DNA of 64,000 nucleotides from Antedon mediterranea. Its lineage: Eukaryota > Animalia > Echinodermata. Positions 43,001 through 55,000 of the stretch are shown here, piece after piece; within the stretch, counting starts at the first letter, position 1; each line of letters begins with the position of its first letter. Under the pieces are notes generated by a model. It searched no databases, was not told the DNA's origin, and saw nothing but the letters and a program-made list of their open reading frames with translations. Made by a program: the position numbers and the translations under genes. The stretch is from contig NC_092675.1 in NCBI RefSeq assembly GCF_964355755.1, positions 24,958,912-25,022,911 of the forward strand, given 5' to 3'.

Positions 43001-46000
43001 ACGTATTATTTCTTTCTTCCTTATTATTTAAACATTTGTTCGACGTCACGTGTTGCGTCTATGCATAACATAACACACGACGAGCAATGGTTCTACGACC
43101 TTACGCATGTCGCCTTATGGTATCATTTTACAATTATGGATTAAAAGATCGAAAACAAATCTTCTGAAATCCCTGATATCCCAGTCGTCCTTAACTCGTC
43201 ATAATTCACTCATTTGCAGTAATGAATTTATAATGAAATTGTCACGTACCATAAGTAACATGGATTGAGATATAGGTCCGTATGTTACGAGTTTCTCTTC
43301 AAAGCCGTCGTTTACATAGACAAAGTGGGATGCAACGTCCACGAATTCTTTTGACTGCGATTGCTTACCCATACCATTCAAAATCCAGCTTGATTTCTCT
43401 GGATTTTTTAAAGCTAAAAGAAATAAACCCATAGTGTTGAATTGTAACATGTATAAATTGAACATTTAATTGTGTTATGCTGTATTAAATTAATCTATTG
43501 TATATAATACTGGTACTATTCATTACTCTATTATATAATACTATTATTTACCGAAGAAATGTTTTGTATTTGTTACTTCAGTAATTTCAATGTGACGGGC
43601 GCCAGCTGGAATAACTACCACTCGCTGGTATTCTATAAAAAAAAAGCATAATTATTCAATTATTATTCTTCGACGACAGGACAATCAACTGTAATGAAAC
43701 ATCGCAAGGTGTGTGTTAATGTTTCCTGTATTAACTGTACTTGGACAGTTCGTAGTTCAATAACCCTAATAAGTAATTAATAGGTGTGTCTCTGGTTACG
43801 AATACAAAAAAGGAGAAATAGTTTATAAAATGTGTTCTTGTTTCATAGGGACTTGGATTTGATGACAAGTTATTAGGTGTGGTTTTCGTGTATCGGTTTT
43901 TATACAGGGAGAACAGAAAACGATACAAAGGCTTAATAGTTTGTAGGCCTAACACGGTCTTGTCTACGTTGCCTGGATATACACAACTATTTTAACCACT
44001 TTTTCAAAATGAAACTTACTCTTCTTTTTAGATTTCACGTAAGATCCCGTGACAGAACGACATTTAGAATTGTCACCCTCACAGATTCCACATAAATCCT
44101 CTGTCTTCCCCGATTCCAATACACTGTCACAACCAATTTCCTGTAATGAAAACAGAAGCGTTAAGACAATTTTATTTTCAATTACAAACAGAAAATCTAA
44201 TTGCATATCAGGAAGAATATACTTGTGATCCTCCCCTTATGGTGTCGCACCTCTACCCCGAGCTGATGAACGTGTTTGCACATATCCTGTCATCATCGTT
44301 ATCTTATATTGAATAGGGGAGTGTCCGAAATGTCCGCTCATCAAATCCAATTACTTGAGTTCATAACCGCAAGGAAAGTACGTTTGTATGATAACAGTTA
44401 TAATAGTTGACCTACATAACACCTGAGGCTCTTATTCAATTTTAAAACATGTATGATTATGCATAATATCAACAATATTAAAACACTCACAAACTAATTT
44501 GCCTATTACTTTGTTTCGTTAATAGCGACCTTTCGTTTTTCACAACGCGCCACTAGACTATCACAAGGCGCATGCTCATAATCATCTAAGAACGGTAGTT
44601 TCGTCGTTTTGCTTGTCACATCGTGAAACTAGAAATCATTATTTTTTTCTTAAAGTGTATGTCTTTTTCATTAAAATGTTAATGTCCTTTTCCTCAATAT
44701 ATTCTTTGAAAATTTATTATGATTTTACTTTAATTTACACTTATATTTCTAATATATCATCCGTATTTTAATCTATCACTTTTGTTTTTGTGTCGTTTTA
44801 AGGTCAGTGGAGGTTATTGCAAAGTAATAGAAAATAATTCATGTTTTTATAAAGTGTATTAAATCAAATAACAGTACCTGACATTTTCCTTGTACGCAAA
44901 TTCCATTAGGGTTGTCATAGGAACATCTGGTACCATCTATGACGTCATATTCTGATACTACAACATCTCCAGTGTTTTTAGACATGCATGTTAGACGACA
45001 TTGCAGAGAGCCTTTAAGACAATACGAAATTGATTAGAAAATGCAAATGTTTTACATTGCCATCTACAGTATTGTTTATGAGCTTTTAGTTTGAAATTAG
45101 GAAATAAATGAGGTATATTACTTTATATAAAAAAATTGTTAACCAGAGTGTTTTATACAGACTAAAAATAGAAATAATAAAACCATTGAACTTACTGTTA
45201 AGGTTTTCCATTGGTGCCCATGAATGCAGACGATCAAGGTAGCGCCAGTTAGACAGTTTATCTTTACATTGTGCTGCTCTTACGTCAGTCTTCTTTCCTA
45301 AGCAAGGCTAGAAATGGAATTAAGAAGCAAACGAATATTAAATAATAATTCCACATTCCACGTTGTTGTGTTATTAGCCAAACTATGGTAATACTGGTTA
45401 GTACTAACCTCAGCATTACACACTTTGAAATCTGTACTGCTACCGATACAGTCGGCACCTCCATCAGCAGGCCTGTGAAATTATCAATGTAAATTTAATA
45501 ATTTAAGTAATTTAACTGTCTTAATTTAACATTTTAAAGTTATTCAAACCATATTAATTTACTTTACCAATATGATGCTATAATAATATATACTATATAG
45601 GAAAGTCTCTTATACGCATGTGTATAAATATAAATACATCCTTTAGATACAAGTAACACATACTTACGCTGGGTTGTTACATTGTCTTGTTCTGATGGCG
45701 ACACCGGTTCCACAGGAGAATGAACATTCGCTAAATTCACTATATTCACTCCAACCCCCATTCACAACTGTAGACGTCACTATAGTTGTCGTCTTGACAT
45801 TTCCATTGTTCTTGGGTTTCTTTACACACTCTCCTTGCATACACCACTGAAAATACAATTATAATTATTAATTAATTATATTTATATTTTAAATGTCTGA
45901 TGTAATTGTTAAGCGTTGTGTGCTGAACTCAATTATTATTATCAGTTGTTTTGAAGCCGGATACAGGACCGGTTCTTTGTAAAGTTACAAAAGTAAAACT

Positions 46001-49000
46001 AAAATTTAGATAAAATATCACTTAATAGCAACATCAAAAAGCGCAACAAAATTACAATAGGTAAATAAATATAAATTTAGGTTCAGTCACATGTAAAAAA
46101 AAAATTAGAAAATACTACAAAGAATTGATCAAAATGGAAGTCAACAAACATTTGCATGAATAATCATAGACTCAAAGAAAACAAATTGTTGTAGAGAACA
46201 GTTCAAGAGAAAGAAAAACCTGCATTCAAAACAAAAATAGTAGGCCTACTGTACAATTTGTAGACCTACTATTTACAACCAATAAACGAATATTTGCAGA
46301 TTCATAGTAAAGTGAGAAACAAAACACTTTTTAGTGACATTTCGTAAAAGAAAAACATCAAATTATTTCAAAATCAATTTCTTAATCAAATATATTATAA
46401 AAATATCATAAAAACAAAGATCACACAAAAAGTATAGAAAAGTAGAAAGTATAAATATTAGGTCATTAAAAGTTAACTGAAGAATTGCTGGCATTGCACA
46501 TGCGCTCAATTATATATTTTTCAAATCAAGCTTTTTTGCACAAATGAAGTATAAGAGAACGAGATACAAAAACGGTTATTATAAATATTTTAAAAACTCT
46601 ACCTTTCAGTGGGCATATCTGCTGCTTTTAAATCTCGTGTACTTAATGTGTGTACGTTATGTTGTTTGTATGTTTGTTTAGATAAGATAGAAAAGTGTGT
46701 ATGTATGTATCTTGATGTTCAATATGTTTTAGTACTATATAGGGTACTGTACAAATATCACCATTGTGATTTTTCACTATTGATAGAGTCTATCTATCAC
46801 TAAAATCATCATCTATTTGCTGTAACTAAATCATCAACATCATCATCATTCATAATCATCACCATCATAAATAATAGGAAAGCAAACTAGCCTTCATTTA
46901 TGTTGTGTATATAATAATTATTATAAGATAAGTGTGTTTGTCTAACTAAACGAAATACCATTTTACAATAATTTATGTTAATTATTGCCATTGTTATAGA
47001 TACAAATCTAATTGCTGTTATTGTTATTAGTGTTGTTAGCAAAATTAACGTCAGACAGAATTATTAGAAAGATTATAGTTAGTAAACTTATAATACATGA
47101 ATTATGTTGGCAGCTTTACATTAAGTTCAACATGTTTTTCACTTCTTACACCATTTAAAAAAGGAATTCAACTAGGATCAAGTCTGGGGTCAGTTTATTC
47201 AATTACGTAATCTTACAACATTTGGCGGCAGCCTTCGTTATTATTTAACACATTAAATATATATAAACATCTGTTACAATTACAATTTATTACAGTTTAC
47301 AGAAGAAAACAAGTTACAAAACTGCCTGATTCATGACCAAAAAACATGCATTACACCTAGTGCTCGCAGTTTGTTTGAATGACGTCAGGAACGGGACGTA
47401 ACAACACTTATTGGCCAGGTAATATTGAGGTGATGTGGAAAACACCAGTTGATTAGGTTAGTATGTAAGTCATATCACTGACTGTTTTTCTTTTTATATA
47501 GATTATAATAACATTGTTCAGTTTTGGCCAACTTTGATGGAAACTTTCAAGTGATTTTGTTTTGTTTTATTTTAATAAAATACTGATTGTCAAAAGTCTG
47601 ATGGAGAGTTAGGAGAAATTTGGCTCGGCACACGGTTTAGAATTTGCTTTTCTTGCTCAATTCTCTCTTGGACTTCTTTACACATTTTCCGGCCATACAC
47701 CACTGGAATTTGGCATGGAATAAATGTAATGTTAGTATGTTAGTAGAGAACAACAATTAGTAATATTAGTTTCTACAAAAGTATGGCATTAATTACATAA
47801 CATCATATATAATAAAAAATACTTGTATATAAGGTAAGTATGTGTAATTTAAACGTTCGTAAATACTGTATTTCCCTAATATGCATTAAAATGTATTAAA
47901 GTATATACATTTCTTAATATATACAGAAAAAAAAACATTTTTAAAACAAATATGTAATAATGAAAACAAAAGTTGTATTGCAATGGATTGGAAAGCATGA
48001 ACTGAAAGTGTCGAATTCCTAAATCCAATAGTAATCCATTTCCACAACTAAACCTCAGATGTAAACACACAGAACTGGATAGATAAATTCATAAAGATCG
48101 CAATTCAAATCTTTGACCTAAATATTAATCTTAACAATTACGTTTGAAAAATAACCGGAAATAACATTCTCTTCCAAGAACAAGATAGTGTACCATACCA
48201 TTTCTTAGTTACATTTTATATAAAAGTTAAACGAAACAACGTGGAAATATATAAATCGCCGGATGTACATTATTCATGTAGCTGATGGAGTGACACAGGT
48301 GAAGTAGAATATCTAGAAAGAAAATGAAAGTCTTCCCAACTGACTATACAAACCACAAAGTCGAGTACCAGCTTATCAGCTAAAAGCAAAGTACTAAATT
48401 GTTTAGTGAATAGTCTTGAGTTTTAAAGGAGCAAGTTTAAACTGCAACGGAAATTATAAATATTGAAAAACTAAAAACAAGTTCACCAGCATGGACCGAC
48501 ACACAGACAAATCAAACTTTTGATAATTTCTTTTCTTAAAATTCTTCTTCTTCTTCTTATACTTCTTATACTTTGAACTAAGCCAATCCAAAGCTAACAT
48601 AATATTTCCTTTTAATTGATAATCATACAATTTAACATGATGGCTACCGACAAACAGTTTACAGAAAAACCGTTCCACTTTTTTTTAAGTTCTAAGCTTA
48701 AAACACTGTAAAATATATTGTTGAATATAGTAGGCAACACTGTCAAATATGGAATACATTTGTTGAACCTTAGAGGTAAAACAGTAAACTTGACTTCAAC
48801 CTCAAACACAACATGTCGTATTCACATGTGGATCTAGATAGCCAGTGGCACTTTGGTTTTCCCATTTATAGAATACATCAATGACGTCAACAACATATTC
48901 GCCTTTTTACCTAGTGATATATATTTAGATCTAGAGTACCTTGTGATGTATTTTAAAATATACGTGAGAGACGTTCAAACCGTGACTTCTTAAGCGTGGT

Positions 49001-52000
49001 TCCCACTAGCGACGCAACACAAGGACGTAACGCAACGCAAGTGAGTTGACCGATCACAAGCGATGGCTTATTCGCTTGTGATTGCTAACTGTCTATAACT
49101 TCGCTTGTCATTGGTTAAAACGCTTGTGTTGCGTTTACGTCCTTGCGTTACGTTCTAGTGGGAACCAAGCTTTAGATAAATGACCTGTTATTTTTAGTTA
49201 AGCTGCAATATATGTTGAACTACTGTATAAAGAAAATCATAGTTTTCTAATATGTGCAACTGCGCAAACGAAAAATGAAATCAAAACAATGTTAAAAATA
49301 GCCACGTAACAGGTATATTCCTGTCGTCAAAAGCTGGTGAATGGTTATACAAAAGTGGACAAACACCAGTCTTACCATCCCAGAGCCACATGAGCTACCC
49401 GGAAGAGCATAACCTAAATAATATCCATACCACGGGCTGGAACTATGTGAACATATCAGCTGGGAACAAACATCAAAATTGCACTGTAAAAAGTAAAGAA
49501 AACTATTACTTAAATGATGTTATGTTTTTCTTACCGACTTCTTGCGGCAAAATGTTCCATCAAGAGCTGGTCCTTTCTTGGTTTTACAAAAGAATGGATT
49601 TGAGGGTTGGGCACACCACAGTTGTCCACAAGGATCCATGGCACCGAACTAAAGAAATCATTTCAATAAACAATAGAAACAAAAATATTAAATCTATAAC
49701 ATAATAATTAAAGGTGGAATTATAATCACGTCTGGTGAACAATTCACAATTATTTGGAAGTTGTACATAAGTACACATATTAATATAACAATACAAGAAA
49801 ATAACAGTTATTTACCGCGGTACAACGTCCGAATTTATCACCGAAGTCAAATCGGCACTGGTCGTCAAGAGAGAATTTTTCGCCTGGTAATCCTGATGGA
49901 GCTTCGTATTCGGTATTACCACTATCATATGGGTTGTCATTCATACAAGTGTAGGAACTGTAATAAAAACATAGTGTTAATAAACTTACAGGCACGATGA
50001 TTCATGTTAAATTGTCAGATATTCCAACCCTCTTCTATTCCCTCCTAAAACAACTTCCATATAAACACGGAAATTACGCAGTTAGCTGGACACAAAAAAA
50101 GTACATTTTAAAGTGTTTATCTATTTTGTTTATTCAATTGTATTGTATATTAAAACAAAGAAAAAACTGCTGTAGTTTATATTATTAGGCCACAAATTTG
50201 TTTAATGCTATTGATAGTTTTTGAACAAAAAATACGGTATGCCTAGTTTACAAGTTCATTTAATCGAATGACAATGCGTTTTACGATATTAGAAGAAACG
50301 TTATGACCTGGTTTTTTATATATTCACAAAACACTATCATTTGATAGAACAAATCAACGTCCCGACGATTCTAATTGATACATTTTCAACTTTATAAAGT
50401 AAGTATTCGTACTTAAATAGACAAATATACTGAGTTGAATTACGATAAAATATTCTCCAGTCGATTTATCTGTTTATGTAATTAAAGAAATTTAATTTAT
50501 TAAAACAGGCATTGGGGAAACCAGGAAATTGTCATTATTTAGCAATTGTAATGTATGTCTATTGGGAAAACTTAAATACCGTACGCTGACAGCAACGTAG
50601 CTTGACAGGTGTAAGTAAACTGAACAAATTTTATATTTGAACTGACAAATTATTTTAATATTTTGAGGTAAAAATTAATTAGGATAATACTATTTTATCA
50701 GTAAGATAGATTTTGAAAAAAACATGTGAGGCGACACTGACACTCCGTGAATCCCAAGTCCATTCACAGCAAGAACAGGAAATTGAATTAAAACTTGAAC
50801 GTCGAGGTCACAAAATGTCAGTTTGCTCGGATTGGACGAATAAGTCGCGATCAACGATTTCACAACAAATAGATTACTTCGAATCTTAATTCAATAATTC
50901 GCTCAGACTGGGAGAGGTAAATATACGCGACAAGTAAAACATCCCTGTAGTATTATGCATCAAATTGTTTAATTATTTCTTTAACTTCAGATCTTTATCG
51001 GCAGTTGAGTAAAAATGCATAGTTTCAATAAACTATCTTTTCATTGCGTTGAGAGGTAACAATTCCCGACAACTAAACACCCTGTAGAATTATACCTAAA
51101 CGTGTTTAATTAGATCTTCAGATATGCATCTCAATTTGGGTAAAGGGCACGTATTGATTAACCTGGGCCAATTTCATACTACGAATTTTCCAAACACACA
51201 GTGCATAATCATCTGATATCATATTGTCTATAATACTTTATCTCTATCCTTATTGGCTTAATCGCAATTAAGTTAAATAGGAGTTGTATATCAAGGTGGG
51301 CTAGCTAACAGGTGAGTTTATCACTAGGTCAAGTCTCCGTAGATTCGAGGTAACAAATAATTCGCCAGCCAATCAGAGACTGTTGTTAAAATGACAAGTA
51401 TTGCATCTTTCCCACACAGATACAGTATAGCATTATGTTATTTCTCGATCTCTTGCTAAATTACACTTTAAGTTTGTTCCCGTTTGCACCTACCATTACA
51501 GCTCAGCTCAACTAGGGCTAGGGTGTCCCGTGGTTCTCATACATGGGTTCCATTGTTTCTATGACTAATTTGACATGTGGCAACCAAATGCATGGTAATG
51601 TACACTTGTCAGATTAAATGCAAAACGTTACAATGGAGTTTAAATGCCTTACGCCTACCGTACTTTAAACATTTAAAATCTCGACAAATCGTAAGATATT
51701 TTACTTTTTTACTTCTCTGTTGTTAATGTTAACTATGAAGGATTAATTTGACAGGACATTTCATCCCAACTATGGTTTCAATTATGTGATATCCCACTTA
51801 CCTAAAATATTGTTAAATATGCCAGTAAGCACCGGTCGTTTGTGCCAACTAGTACTATACTAAAGTCTGACCTTCTCGGGTGAATTAAAAGGAGGTTTTA
51901 ACTAGGATACAAATAATAATCAATTTATGGATTGAATTGAAATACTACAAATAAGACAATTTCAATTAAAACAAGGGTCTGAAAAGATATATGCAATATG

Positions 52001-55000
52001 CTTTTTTATATTAAATTATTAATCGTCATTAAATTCATATTAAAATTCTTTTCATTCGTAAGAATAAATTAAGAATTGCAAAAAAGCTGCCAAGTCATGC
52101 ATGGGCTAGAAGACACGTATTGATTGATTGGATACACATTTGAAAAGTTATCAAAATGATACGAAATGACGGGTCGATTAGATGAACATGACAGTTACCG
52201 TACCAATTGACAAATACAAGTTTTAGTGCATATACTTCTCATTTTCTGTTTGATTTAGTACCGTATCTATTTGCCAATTATTCGTTTTTTAAAAGGAAGA
52301 CTGACTTTCAACTAGGTTGGAAGTCTCCTGCAATGTTCATTTTTAGCAAGAAAACAGCTGATTTACTACAAGTACAAATCAAGCAGAACTCCTGACATTT
52401 GCATTTCGGTCCCATGCAGAATAAACAATAATGTATCGTGCTCATGCTCGGGGGCTTATATGTTTAAGACTTGTAATACCCATGTCCGCGAGTTTTTAAC
52501 GTTTAACAAAGAAAACATGGTATTAATTTGCATAATAATTAGCATTTCATTGGCAATCTGAAAACAATAACGTCACGTTCTATTCTGTAAACCTTATAAT
52601 ATTGTTTTCTCTTAACACCATACTCAAAACTTTACAATATACAAATTACATTAAGCTACAAACTCGAAGAGTATGGCAATACTTTTTTTCAGTTTAATCT
52701 ATTAATTTGGACGGCTCTTAGTATTGTTGAGACCCAATGTACACAGATTAATAATATCATTCACATTTCTTTTGCCAAGTAATAGGTCTACAGAAAATTA
52801 AGTAACCCAACACCTATAACCAACTAAATGACGACTGAACCAAAAAACAAAACGATAACTACTATTTATTTTAAATTACTAATTTTGATGCTTTTTGTTA
52901 ATTGATAGTTTTTAATTTGACGAGAGTTTATATAGTGTATGTTAAAATTAATTCATTTTAGGATATATTAAAGAAAATATTTGTTGCTAAAAATAAAGTT
53001 TACTGTATTTAACCATTTAATATCTCAGACATATCATTTATCAGATTGAAAGTTAAAGTCATTAAATTTTCTTTTCCTGATGTCGTAAATTTCACTTGAA
53101 GTTTGTGGGGCGGCTGGCGATTGAAAAATAAAATTGTGAATGTCAATTGCGATAAATCATTAGTCAATTCTCTTTCCTCCTCAGATTCCTCATTGATCTT
53201 TATAGCAGTATTAGCTTTATACTGATATAGCCAGGGTATGACCAGCCATTAGGGCCAAAATAGTGATGATGAATAATGAAAAAAAATGACGTTACGACAA
53301 TTTGTCTTTTTGTTTTTCTTTATTTTGACCATATTGGCTGCCCATGTTACAACTCTTAGAAATAATACGAAAGTAGACAACTACCAAAAGGGAAATAATA
53401 ATTTGGTTACATTCATTAAACTGATTAGTCTTAATTCGAAAGAGGCTAAAACAGAACGGAAATGAAAGGAAAGAAATAAAACTATATAATTGGGTAACTT
53501 TGTTCAATAATAGCATTACAGAAGTAATTTTGACAGTCTGCAAAAAAGTGTAAAATTCTAATGATGAATGTGTTTGATTTGTATAGGTATGTTGGTGTAA
53601 GGTAACAACTATTTTAATCCATGTCAAATGCCATTTATTATAGGCTACTTTAAAAACACGGTATGTTAATATAAATTAAGAAATTAAAATTAAAAGTACA
53701 TACAATCATGTTTTTCTGTTGGAAAATATTTCAAAATTAAGTCAAATTAAATTCGTATCCTGTTTGTAGTGTGCTATGACAGGTTGGGATTATTAATTTC
53801 GTTATAAAAATATGTTATTCCTGGGCTGAGGTTCCTTAAAGAGGTGTGTCGGCAATGCGAGATTCAAACGTTACTAATAAAATATGATACAGTATGCCTC
53901 CATTGAAAACCCCTTTCTTAAATCTTTTTACTCAACTACAACGTACCGAAACCTGAAAATACGTAGTTTTGTTCCCAAAAATATATGATAGAAATTAAAT
54001 CTGACTGATTGAGAAGTCAATTAACCGTTATCAACGTAACGTAACTACCGTTATCAACGTAACGTAACTACCGTTATCAACGTAACTACCGTCTGTATTA
54101 TAATTCTATTTCTCTAATATTCCAAAGTTTCTATTGTAAAGTCATGGCACATTGGAGGTATTTGGAAATGTTAGATTACCAAATGCGATATCAGAACGAA
54201 AACCGAATGTAATGTGTGTTTAGATTGACTGATAGTATTTAATTTGAAAGTGAAAATAACTTACTTAAGGTTGCTCTCAAGTTCCTTTTTGCTGCACGAT
54301 GACCAGAAGTATTTGTGGTACGTAGCTGTGACAAGAGGGGCCATGATACTACCTTTGTTTGCATCTTTTTTGCAAGCATTGCCCTGTCCGTCGTGGTCCA
54401 TTCCAAGCCTGAGAAACATTAAGTTAATTATGTTAGGGAAAGAGTATATCATATTTCTTCTATTCTAGACACCTCTATACGGTACCTACTTCATGCTATC
54501 GTAAAAAGGTGATATTTGCACACAATATAAACGTATTTAATGTGAACTTTGTTATGCTAGTTAGGCTTATAGCAACAGTTAGTGTAGATTAGTTTAACTT
54601 CACTTTTTTTTCAGGTTAAAATCTCAGAAGAGAACCTGATAAAGGCCAAGAGACAGAAAAGGTAATACAACTTTTTGTAAGTTAAATAAATGTATATAAT
54701 ACTAATCAGTGGCGAATTTGTGTTAACATTTTAACGAACAGTAGCGGTGCCGCGTGCCAAAATAGTTCTCGGAAGCGACGCTGACCAGTTAAGTTGTTGG
54801 GTCATTTTAGGCCGCGAAGCTCCTCATTTGCACCGCAATTGTTTGTGTTTAAATAAACTTACGTGTGTCCAACTTCGTGAACAGTTACAAAGCTTGTGAG
54901 CATACCGTCATCTTTCATCAAGCCACAACTTCTCATTGAGCACATGCTACCCAATGGTGCGTATCCTTAGTGTGCAAGCATGCATTTAAAAGAAGTGCGT

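Noticed and set aside
49330-49745. Competing CACCAG/CTGGTG pairings around the disintegrin-like exon pair
   Set aside because: Only 6-7 bp of complementarity, not distinguishable from chance without covariation data.
54615-54661. Plus-strand 47-nt exon-like segment (TTTTTCAG...AAG|GTAATA) antisense to ADAMTS
   Set aside because: No partner exons or recognisable peptide; could be chance or an lncRNA exon, which cannot be supported from sequence alone.
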